A DNA stretch of 64,000 nucleotides from contig JAQGDQ010000268.1 in the NCBI GenBank assembly GCA_030141605.1, positions 1 to 64,000 on the forward strand. The letters are read 5' to 3'. This stretch comes from Tubiluchus corallicola (taxonomy: Eukaryota; Animalia; Priapulida). The number at the start of each line of letters is the position of its first letter. Position 1 is the first letter of the stretch. The notes under the pieces were generated by a model that worked only from the letters and a program-made list of their open reading frames with translations, made no database searches and was not told the DNA's origin. The position numbers and the translations under genes were made by a program. This document shows positions 1 through 12,100 of the stretch, one piece after another.

Positions 1-1214
1 ATTAGTAGTACAAGAACTTTCCATCATCTGTGCAGAATGCATTAGAATCGAAAAGTTTGTTTAAATGCTATGCAAACCACGATGCAGCAAATGACCGAAA
101 TTGAATTTTTACAAATGGAAGCTTAACAAATAAGTTGATTTAGAATTTTGAAGACGATTATGATATCTAATTCAAGTCAAATTCTTTTGCAAAATTCAGT
201 AAAGCAAATAGCTTGAAAATGGTAAACGGGGTAAACTAACACAGTGCAATGACAGAAATTACTTAAAAGATGTGAATTTCATAAATAACTACGACATGAA
301 TGAGAAACGCACAATGACAAGGATGGCTTGAGTGCTTTGAAACTTAGAAACTTGCTAAATCCTTGCAAAGAAAATAACTTAAAGAATCAGTTTCAAAATC
401 TGGATGCTTGCCAAATTCCCCAAAGATGCTGCAAAAGCAAAGATTTCTGCATCCGGATGCAACTGTGGAGTTGCTAAGTGAACAAGCAATGGACAGATCA
501 ATAGTTTTGACATCAATAATAATATAATTAGCAAGTGTAATCATTGGGCTGGTAACACTGACAATGTTGCTTAATCAGAAATTACACAGAGCAATAGCGC
601 AAAGAGAATTTGACTACAGCAAATCAATAAGCACAATGTACAGTTTGCATTTTATATTTTCTGAGCCTCACTCGACTCGATAATGTAAAAATTTAACTCA
701 CTTTTAATTAGTTCCGGTCTTTATTCGTCTTTAATACAATTTAACAAACTAAAGCCATTATCCGCATAAACTAATGCGTTTTAACAAGATAGTAATTTTA
801 TAAAGATACGCATTACTTTAATATCGCATCCAGTGTCTCTGATACTCAACAGCATCTATACTTGCACATATATTCACATCTGCAACCTTATCTCACTTTC
901 CAGATGCACATAATTGGGAACATAAACCATGGTTACACATCGGGAAGAACAGTTCTTTTTGTTCTCATGCATATCAAACTGCTCTACCTTAGGAGTTGTG
1001 ACAAACTTTTAACCACAAATAATTACAGCAATTTGAGTGCAATTTTTTAGTTTTTCCTTCCCCTTTTGTAAAATGTACTTGGAAACTTAACAGATTTTAA
1101 AAAATTTTCAGTCCGAATGAAGACCAAAAGCATTCACTGACCTATTATTAAAACAAAAGAATGCATTCGTACAATACCATAATATAGATGTTTTGTTGCC
1201 ATTGTTTGTTGCTA

Positions 1215-2284
1215 GTAGTAGCAGTAACATATGTTACTAGTAGCAGTTAGCACGATGACAGAAGGCTCTTTCCATGAAAATAACTCTACAATTATAAGTG
1301 AATGTAGTAGCAGTAACATATGTTACTAGTAGCAGTTAGCACGATGACAGAAGGCTCTTTCCATGAAAATAACTCTACAATTATAAGTGAATGTAGTAGC
1401 AGTAACATATGTTACTAGTAGCAGTTAGCACGATGACAGAAGGCTCTTTCCATGAAAATAACTCTACAATTATAAGTGAATGTAGTAGCAGTAACATATG
1501 TTACTAGTAGCAGTTAGCACGATGACAGAAGGCTCTTTCCATGAAAATAACTCTACAATTGTAAGTGAATGTAGTAGCAGTAACATATGTTACTAGTAGC
1601 AGTTAGCACAATGACAGAAAGCTCTTTCCATGAAAATAACTCTACAATTGTAAGTGAATGTAGCAGCAGTAACATATGTTATTAGTAGCAGTTAGCACAA
1701 TGACAGAAAGCTCTTTCCATGAAAATAACTCTACAACTGTAAGTGAATGTAGCAGCAGTAACATGTTAATAGTAGCAGTTAGCACAATGACAGAAAGCTC
1801 TTTCCATGAAAATAACTCTACAATTGTAAGTGAATGTAGCAGCAGTAACATATGTTACTAGTAGCAGTTAGCACGATGACAGAAGGCTCTTTCCATGAAA
1901 ATAACTCTACAATTGTAAGTGAATGTAGCAGCAGTAACATATGTTACTAGTAGCAGTTAGCACGATGACAGAAGGCTCTTTCCATGAAAATAACTCTACA
2001 ATTGTAAGTGAATGTAGCATCAGTAACATATGTTACTTAGTAGCAGTTAGCACGATGACAGAAGGCTCTTTCCATGAAAATAACTCTACAATTGTAAGTG
2101 AATGTAGCAGCAGTAACATATGTTACTTAGTAGCAGTTAGCACGATGACAGAAGGCTCTTTCCATGAAAATAACTCTACAATTGTAAGTGAATGTAGCAG
2201 CAGTAACATATGTTACTAGTAGCAGTTAGCACAATGACAGAAGGCTCTTTCCACGAAAATAACTCTACAATTGTAAGTGAATGT
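1215..2284. repeat. Tandem array, 12 copies of an ~89-bp unit
   Basis: CTCTTTCCA recurs at 1266, 1355, 1444, 1533, 1622, 1711, 1798, 1887, 1976, 2066, 2156 and 2245 (87-90 bp spacing); copies are near-identical. Confidence 0.97.
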
Positions 2285-2443
2285 ATTTGAATACATTCTA
2301 CATTAAAATGCTGATGTAATTTAAAGTACTAATTAAATCATTGTGGGACAGCAGTTTAAAAATGCACTTTCGAAAATTCTCTTGTAACAGAAACTTGGAA
2401 AACTGAAGAAAAATTCTTTTTGCACGAAAAAGTAACCTAGGGT

Positions 2444-3203
2444 TAGGGCTGCGCCGAGTCTGTTTCGGATTCGGGACCAAGTCTGGGATTCAGCTATAAT
2501 TCAGTTTGGTTTGGGTTTTGGCTTGGTGAAGAGGTCTACATAATGAACGACAATGTGAAGAAAAATTCATTCATCTCTTATTACGATCTACATATTCATG
2601 TTACTGTTACTTTTTTATGTTTAGCAATCAGATGAACTCCCTCCAACAACACTTTAATCATGCTGACTACTTAACAGTGAAAATTGTCATTCCAGCGTTT
2701 GACCTGCCATGAATGTTTACTGCATGATATTTAATTATCAAACATCTTTTTTCACTTTCATATTCATCATAGCAAAATTTTATTCAAACTATATTCAAAC
2801 TATAATTTAGTAAAAATTATTAAATAAAGTTTTTAATAACAATTACATTAATTAGTTACGTTTTATACTTATTTTATTAAATTTGTCTGTCTGGGCTTAA
2901 TTTCCCTTTAAGTTGCCATCCTTTCAATACATTTTTATTACATTTATGATTTCTGTTCTGATTTTGTTTAATTCCTGCTTGGCTGCCAACTGCTTGTAGG
3001 CCAACTCAGTTTCAGTTTGATCTGGGTTAAGTCTACTGTAATTTCGACTAAGTTTCAATGCGTGGTTTCGGCTTCACCTACTGCAGTTCTGGTTAAGTTT
3101 CAATTGGGCCTACTGTGGTTTCGGGTTTTGGTTCGATTTGCGAAAATTGAAAAAAATTCAGATTCAGGTCAGTAAGCATTTTTTTGGATTCTGCGCAACC
3201 CAC
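2444..3203. mobile_element. Degenerate non-autonomous hAT-like MITE
   Basis: Imperfect TIR AGGGCTGCGCCGAGTC versus rc of GATTCTGCGCAACCCA; subterminal TTCGG/TTCAG motif clusters at both ends; no TSD visible. Confidence 0.55.
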
Positions 3204-6200
3204 AACGTCTATTGTGTCATGGAAAGTTTGTGAAGTAGTCAATCGCATAGCATGGATTTTTGGCCAGCCTTTGCTGCACGCAGATTAGCCAAAGTTGTCC
3301 TTAAATGAACATACCTTAGACTACAAGAAAACATGTATATAAAAGATTAACATTAAACTGATTAACTGAGGAAGAATGTAAGCATGATAAAAACTGAAAC
3401 CTGTGATGATAAAGAATGAGACAACAAGAGAAAACAATTTTACATAATAATTAAACCTAAAATGTGGAAAACAATAATGAATTGTAAAATGGGAAAAGGG
3501 CTGAAAGTAATAAAAATATGAAAAACAGTAATGTATGCCTGTGCCAAATTGTCCCTTCCTCCCCCTCCCCCCACAAAACGACCATCCTGCGCAGTTCACA
3601 CGCAATGTGCTATGCTACTGCTACCAGTACACTTCTGTCACAATTTCTCCACACATCTCAAAGAGTAAAAGAAGCATTCCTTCCACAAATTAATCAAGTT
3701 ATTTATTTATTAATTCAATAAATCAAAAATACTTATTAGGGTTTAACCAAAGCCAGTTGAAGCATGCATGACAAAGAATCAATAATTGACATTTAATCAC
3801 CACGAATGTTTTTGCATTTGTAAACAAATGGGAAAATAATGCTTTTTCAAAGCATGCATCTTTAAAACATTAATGCAAAATTAAATACATTCCTTGCCAT
3901 AATGTATTTGGAGCCGTGCTTGCATTTTTATTTTTAAAATCTGCCAGTTTTGAAACTAAACTTTCACAAACCGAAATCAGTAGAAGTAGTATGGTTATAT
4001 GGTATCACCATAGCAATTAATAAGAAGTCCCGCAATAAAAAATGGAAAAATGAGACACAGTCCACTATAAATGTGAACTATCTTCAGGAAACAAAGAAAA
4101 ATGACCAAAAGAATTCATCATGTACTAATAGCTGTGACCAGCATTGTATTTAGAGATCCTACGAACTTTCTCAGTTTTTTCTATCACCAGAAGACATTTT
4201 ACAGTAGTGGCTTGAAGCACAGTGCTTTTTTATCTCTTTAGCGTAATTTTTTTTATAAGTTTGAATTCTTATCATTAAGAATTATTTCCGTGATATTGAC
4301 AAGAAAACTTTTTGTACAAGCCAGGATCTGACGATCATTTGCAGCTAATTTAAAATAAGTCAGCCAAGCAAAGTTACTTAAAATTTCTATTAAGATGTGC
4401 AAATCAGACAATTGCACATACAGCACAACTCTAAAGAAAGTCGCATGGAAATAAAATACAACTGTCCACAGTATTTTGATATAGTTGGCTCAGTGCCAAA
4501 ACCGAATTCCTCTATTCCTGTAGCTACAAGAATATGATTTCCCAAGTCAACCTAAACAACCTCCCTAAACAACGTATGGGAGGACTAACAACTTCTGCTA
4601 CGGTAAGCTGTTAGTCCAGCGCTACCCTAGTAGAAACATCTCAAATTTTCTGCGAAGTGAATCGTCCCCACCAAACAGAAAAATGAATCCCATCTTTAAA
4701 ATGCCACCATAGGAAAAACTAACATTGAAAAATGCTCTAACTTCGGCATCAACTGTCTGTTTCAAGAGATTTTTAAAAACTTAAAACTAAACTACAGGTA
4801 GATAGAGAATCGGGAACACATACCAACTGGTTGCGCATTCCTACAAAGCAGACGCATCCACAGTTATACAAAGCTATCAAGAGACGTCGCACGCTCGTCG
4901 ACGCGCACACACGCACCAAACTTTATTCACGCACGCAAGCGGTGATAACACTACATGATAAACGCCATCATAGCTACTGGAGTCGTCATACACGAGCACC
5001 TAGATCTACCAAAGTGTGTGGAGCAGCGTTCGACTACAGCAGCAGCAGCAGTTTGTATTTTCAGACACCAGGCAGTGAGTCATATTGATTTTCTTCTTAC
5101 TGTAGCTTGAAGTGAAGCCATCGGGTACAGGACTGTGCAGCATTCATGGGAGCGCAGAGTGCTGAAGGCTTCCCTTCCTGCCTGCCTGCCCTATTGTGTG
5201 GTCTCCTCTGTTAGTTCACATTTACTCCTTACGTAAACTTACTCTGACCTTTCTACAAAAATGATTATCTAATCTCTGAATCATGATTATCTAATCTTTA
5301 AGTCACAAACAAAATGCTCAGCAAAGCAGCAATTACAAATTCTTCAAGCATAAAAAAGACTTGAATCCAGCATTCAAAAGCGAGACCAGCCTAATCTGCA
5401 TGGTTGTGGTCGGACCAGGATATAGCTCATCATGAAAGATATCTTCTAGGATAAGATGCTGAACTGGCAGCGATGTCTTAATCAACTACACACAACAGAA
5501 TAACCAGATAGAATTAGTATGCCGAACCAAACCTTAGAAAGGTTATGGACACAGGAAGGTGATAGTTCAAGCAATATCCCAGAACGTATTAAATAGCATC
5601 ATGTCAGCTATTCAAGTGAATGTCAACACAGGTGAACAGAAACCACGATGGTGAAATTTAACAAAAACATCGCTGAAATTCATTCCCTTCATAGTTATAA
5701 CTTGGACACTACATGTAAAAGATAAATTTTTACTAATTCTACAGAAATACACAAGAAAGCAGTCGTGGAAGAAGCTCGTTTCTGACCAGATAGAAATTTT
5801 TCACTAAAAATTAATTAGAATGACTTTCGCAACACCGCAGGACATACTGAAACTCTATGACGGGCACCTCACCCGGAATAAATGAAAAACCATTTAAGGA
5901 TTTCACAAAGTCTCTCAAACGTATGCAGCAAATTAAAAAAACATAAAAGCCTGGAAAAACGTTTGAAACATGCCGCACAACCACCAAGTGGATAAAATTG
6001 GCAATTTTAATTCATCTTAATAAAACACGAACAAATGGTAATAGCAACTAGATGTGTTTGGAATTATCCTTTTGACTTGGCCATCAAATTCCTTTTCAGC
6101 TCTTACAATCATATTATCATTTATTAATAAAATATGGTAGTTTCACATGCGCGTTCAAATACGTTCACACAACTAAAGGCTTAATTATTCCAAACGTCAT

Positions 6201-6441
6201 GTTGTGTTCGGAACAACATCAGTACTAGAGGGAGTTACATTGATAAGTAACCTAACATTTTGGTTCAAAAAGTGAGATGAAAAAAGAAAAACTGTACTTC
6301 AAGAGATTCGACAACTTGCCCTAAACCAACTCTCAAATGCCACCCATGCTTCATGTAAAAATTAATCTCCTCAATCATCAATGTCACCACCCAGAGGACA
6401 AGCGTTACTGGAAGGGATTTAATTTTTCAGACACGAGAAAC

Positions 6442-6499
6442 AGCCGACAATTAGTTTAGGCAAGTTTAAGAGCCGACAATTAGTTTAGGCAAGTTTAAG
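6442..6499. repeat. Perfect 29-bp direct tandem duplication
   Basis: agccgacaattagtttaggcaagtttaag x2. Confidence 0.9.
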
Positions 6500-8423
6500 A
6501 TGATAAGCTAGTTTATAACGAGGACTACCATCATAATAACATGCTCTAAATGACAGTTACAATTTGAGTAACACTCGTAGATTAATAAACTTGACAGAGC
6601 AGCTAAGCAAAATTTGAAGAGCAAGACCACAAAATTCTCAAATACAATGAAAAATCATATATTTTCACAAAACTGTTTGTAACCTTGTTTCAGCCTCTCC
6701 ATTAATGTTTTTTCCAATTTTTGAAATGTAAGCAAAGGGGTGTTGAATCATTTAAAAAGTTGTGGATCATGTAGATCTACCACATGAACAAGCATAAAGA
6801 ACAGCACTCAAATAAAACCATAGTCTTTCAGTTTTTAAAGTCCATACTAAACATGCTTTGTCCAATTTCTTGCAAGAAAGGACCCAAAGTACCCAAAGCA
6901 CATTCAAAGGACCTAAAAGAGGTAAAATTTTAATAAATCCAAAAAGTTTTATTAAATGAAATCACTGCATCACCCAATGCTGCCCACATTTAAATTTGTG
7001 GATTCTCTGGTGTAAATTCACAAAAACTGCTCTTCAATCAGATCCACTGCTCTCAAATATATGTTCACAATTCACCAAACTATATAGTGATTCACATTAA
7101 AACAACTTATACTAATCTAAACAATAATGTACGCTTTTAAGAAGAAATTAAATTCCCAGCTAATGTGTTAAACTTCATTTTATTTACAGTACAAAAATAG
7201 CCCATGCCAGATGTGTCTAGCATTGGGTATATGGATATGCATCTATTTATGAAGCCACGGTACAAGAGGAGGACAGGTTACATCCTCGGCCAAGTCGGCC
7301 CCTTTCTTCGACCATTATATTATGGCACATAGGTGACGAGAAATATGACAAAAGAAATGTGCAAAATTTGGTCAGAAATGTCTTGTAAGCTAACTTCTAA
7401 GTGATTGTTTTTAAAGATGAAGTAAAAAAATTTCAACATAAAAATTACAAAATACTCCCCAGCAAAAAACACTGTAAGAACCACTCAAACTCAACAAACG
7501 TTACAACAATTATTAAACTTTTGTAGCTTACACACATCTTGAAATATAGACATGTGCTGTATTAGTTTAGTTATAAACTTTACAGCCAATGAACAGCATA
7601 ATAACATATTATAAAATGGCATTATACCATATATGAATAAGTTCAGTACACCCAACAACCAGTCGTTGCAACAACTGTAAAATAACAGCGAAAATATTTG
7701 CAGAAATGTGTTCAAAAATGAAAATATTACATAACTGAAAGCTTTAATTGAATCAAGTTATATCAGAAATAAATGTAATTACGAACTATAATTATTATTG
7801 CTGTAAGTGTGAACGTGGCGTGTAGCAGAAAAACACAAGGTTTCCTAGCAGAATGCTGCAATAAATCTTAATGTCATACTTGATAGTGGGAACTTAAGGT
7901 TAGACATTTTGGGACACATTTTCAGATAAGTGAAATTTTAAAGATATTAAAATTTTCCTTATCTAAAAAAATTGGTTTTATTTACCGATTGTGAAAGTTT
8001 TACTAGCACTGATCCATATTAGTTAAAAAGATTGAAGAAGTTAAACTTAAAATGGTTATGCAGAAACATGTCTAGAATATGACTAATAATCGACTGAACC
8101 ATTCTCAAATCCTTGCATTGGTTGTCTGCAAGGATGAGGATTAAACTGAAAACTTGCATGGCTCTGCACCAGAGTATCTTAATGCATTAATGAGGTGTTA
8201 TATATATGAAATTCTGAAGAGTGCGGTTTTAGTTGTGTGGTCTATTGCTCAGATGGGGCATCCCAACCTGAGCCATGTCTTTATGAACAAAAACCTTTGA
8301 AGAAAGTTCTAAATTGTTACATCACTTCCGGCTATTGTGTATATTGTTTTTTATTGTAATTTTGTAAACAGATCTTGAGTTGTGGCTTAAATGTTTTACA
8401 ATGTAATGCTCTTTAAAAAAAAT

Positions 8424-8500
8424 CATCATCGTCGTCGTCATCGTCACCATCACCACCACCACCACCACCACCATCACCAGCACTACCACCATCATCACCA
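8424..8500. repeat. Compound (CAT/CGT/CAC)n microsatellite
   Basis: Directly visible trinucleotide run. Confidence 0.9.
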
Positions 8501-8995
8501 AGTTGCTTAATGGAACACGCAAGACAATAGATTTTTGTCAAATATTAACTAATAGCCTTAGGTTATAAATTTGGCAAGTTTTAATTAAGATGGTCAGCAT
8601 CTAAATTAAAAGCAATTTCAACGTTATACTACAGCTATGCACAGCTAAGAGACATAACTTGTAATTCATTACTCCAACTTTCAGCCAACGATGACGATGT
8701 ATTATTAATTGCGAATCAATTGCTATTTACACCTCCTCATATCTATTAATGCAAGTGTCAATATGTTAATTAACTTTATTTACCGCTATACGATTCGGAC
8801 ATCAATTGCCTGTGCTTGTAAATGCATAATTTCTTATTGGTAGTAGTTACTGTTTGTTTTTCTATCTGTTTGCTGTATTATGAAACTGATGTTTTGATGT
8901 TGACAAAAGACAAAAAACACACAACAGGCAGGTAATTCATCTTTGAAAAATGGAATTAACACAAGATTTCAGAGCAAACATCTGACTGTACTCAC

Positions 8996-9180
8996 CGTTT
9001 TCCTTGTCAGCATCTTTTGACTCTTTCGTGTCCTTGACAGCTTTTGGTTGTTTAGGTGGTGGTACGGGAAACTTAGTCTTATTGGTTGTCTGCCGACACA
9101 CCAAGCAGTGGTATCCCCAGTCAGCCGCTCTTTCCACATCATCTTCATTCAATAAGCCGTCACAGAATGTGTGAAGCCAT
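8996..9180 (-). CDS. KMT2C: KMT2C/D coding exon 17 (end of PHD cluster)
   Basis: WLHTFCDGLLNEDDVERAADWGYHCLVCR...; donor gtgagt, phase 1. Confidence 0.92.
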
Positions 9181-12100
9181 CTAAATTAAATGCATCCAAT
9201 TAAACGGTACAAATATTCGAGGGTTTAAATAGGCTGCTTGCCAACAACACTTTATCTAGTTTCGATGAATGGATTTTAACTTGCAGAATGTAAAAAACTT
9301 AAATTTTGTTTTAGGTAGTTCAATAATATACAGTCAAAAACATGCACAGGTCTTTTTGCAGGATTTCTCCTAATTTTACTCTATGCCTTGCTTTTAACTT
9401 ACTCCAGCCAGGTGAGTCAGGTAAACTATTAAAATTTGATATGCTAAAGCACTACAAAAGCTAAAAACATTTCACCACAACTTAGTGAAATTACTATCAA
9501 ATTGATGATTTTTGCTACTTTTTCTTTTTTAATTTAATCATTGGTATATATCCAAAATACTGTTTAATACCCGATCTATTAATCAATCAGTACTCAATCA
9601 GTATGCCTATACACTAGAAAATTTCACACAAGCCACTTATGTTACCTGTCGCAGTTGGTACATTGAATAATGAGGTCATTCTCTTCATAATCTCCTTCGC
9701 AGACAAAGCACGAAGCCAGAGACGCACATGGACCACATTTTGTGTAGTTCTCCTGCCACAAACATCCAACCCCTGGTGTTGTTGATCCGCACTGTAAGCA
9801 CACTACACACCTGCAATTAAATATTTAAACTATAGATGAGAAAGTAAAATTATGGTAAATATTTTGGGCAAAACGTTAAAATTCTTTGCTATTTTTGTAC
9901 CTAAGAATCGTAACTTGGACCTATTTTTTTAATTTTTTAGTTATCAATTGTTTATAAAATTTTGTGTTTAATGATCAACAAGCCCATTGTAAAAGAGATA
10001 ATTTGCTCTTTGAATTTCAGCCTAATTAAGCATGTCTTAAATACATAAAATTTAAGAAAAGGAAGCCTCCCTTTTAAACTGTGGACAAGCGATTTTCCAC
10101 TACAGAAATACGGCAGTGTGTAATACAAAGGAGTTTATTTTCACAATGTGATATATGTGAAATCACTGGTCCACAGTTCAAAAGGGAGGCTTGCATTTGT
10201 TAGTTAACTGAATTAACTGGTTAATTAAAATTAAACTTCCTTTATTTATTTCGCATAAAATATAGCTCATATGCAGAACACAAAATAAAATGAAAGAGAT
10301 AAAGAACATAAGAAGCATGTTAGCATGAAACATAATAGCAAAACAATTATAGCCCTACATTTACTGCTTCACATGGTTATGAAAAGCTTGACATGTAGAT
10401 CTTTCTTACATTGTAATTAAAATTTGGTGTGACCATACTGTAATCTCTACTTAACATCACTATCATACATAAAATATAAAAATTTTGGTACATCCAGCTT
10501 TTTGTTACTGTTTTGCATATTCCTTTTAAAATGTTCGTCCCTTAATTGGTTACTTCGACACTATGACTATAAAGTAGGTCAAGCTACAGTAAAAAGCCAG
10601 GCATATGCAGTTCTCATACATTGCCATGTGAGCTTGTCTGACACAACTGTAGCAGAAAATGGAGTGTCATTTCACATGCATGATTCCTTAGTGTAAAGAA
10701 ACCCTCTACTTTTCATGGGAACAGTGGCAGTTTATGATGAGTGAAGCATGTTTTTTTTTTACTGCTTCTAATTTTTTACTGAAGGGGACACATCGTTAGT
10801 TTAGATACTAACTCGAACATGTGCAAAAAACAAATCAGAATCTCTAACACTTGGAGAAGAAAGAGAAACCATTGGCTCCACGAAATGCGGAGGTAGCAGT
10901 TAATAACAACTAAATCAGAGCAAAATTGATCGCACCATTTACACTTCCAATTGCCTTTAGGCACATTTTGCAATGGCGGATCCAGACAGTAAGTGTGGTA
11001 ACTGACGTCACAATCATCACACAAGAGCAAACGTGATTCATCGTGCGGTTGGCCACATCCTTCGCACACTGTGCAGTCCAAGCAACGCCAGCCTTTGGTC
11101 AATATCACTTTTGTTATCTAGAAGAAAATGAAAAGGATGTTACACGGAAAACCGTTAAAATTACTGCTCATCAACAGTAGTTTACACGATAAGATAAAAC
11201 CATTTATTCACATTATGGTTATTTAATACTTGTATTCATTTTTAAGACATGTTCATACTCCACATATGTGCACATCCAATGCAGTATATTACTTTTTTAT
11301 TGGCTATATAAAAACTGACTTATTTATGTGTAACATCAGAGACATAAATCATGAATGCATTTTCTTACACAGTAATTGTTGTGGCCGTAGAAAAAACGGC
11401 CATATTGTTGGGCATGCATCTTGTGCTTTTTTTGAGAGCTGATGTGGCTCAGAATTTCTCTTTTAGTGAAACTGTTTATAATAAAGCTAAGAAGGGTAGA
11501 AATATACTAAAATCACAAAACATATGTAAGCGTAATTCATAATTTATTCATAATTTGTCTAAAATAGTAAATATGCTGTAATATGAATGCAATTTATAAT
11601 TTCATAATTATTTTACTTTTTAGAATAAGTGCAAAATGAGAAATGACTATATTTAATCTGTAACAGTAACAGTAACATTAACATTCTTGCCTTTCAAAAA
11701 CATTGTCTAGCTCGACTCTTACCATTATTTCTTAATACAGGCACATTTGAAACAAGAGGAATAAAACTGGGAAAAGCCTGTTCAAATATTCCAGAAGCTC
11801 CAGAAGTACAGGAATAATTTAATTTTCATGACACAACAGCATTCAGTATGAAGTGAATTAAGAACAGTAATATAAAACTGTTAACAGACCTTTTTGTCTA
11901 CACAGTATGGATGATAACACTGACCACATTGTGCACATGCAATGAGTCGGCCTTCTTCACCGCGACCAAGGCTGCCACAGCTGTAGCACATATCCTATAA
12001 ATCATTGATAAGTTACATCAAATGTTAACAAAAAACCAGTAAAAAATTGCGCGTTTCAGAATCACATTTGAAAGAGACATGAAAAAAGAATTCATAAATG

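Noticed and set aside
1642-2219. Repetitive ORFs (STMTEGSFHENNSTIV...)
   Set aside because: Artefacts of the satellite; 89-bp units break the frame and only the 87/90-bp variants read through.
1215-2284. CRISPR-like array (palindromic repeat at regular spacing)
   Set aside because: Intervening sequences are near-identical rather than unique spacers; eukaryotic context; no cas genes.
5101-5207. Possible KMT2C/D exon (actaacag...gtaaga)
   Set aside because: In the required phase it hits TAG after five codons and has no polypyrimidine tract.
5280-5900. Coding-like purine-rich stretch, possible recombinase/transposase relic
   Set aside because: Frequent stops and no diagnostic motif I can support.
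8322-8522. Val/Thr-rich ORF
   Set aside because: Translation of a trinucleotide microsatellite.
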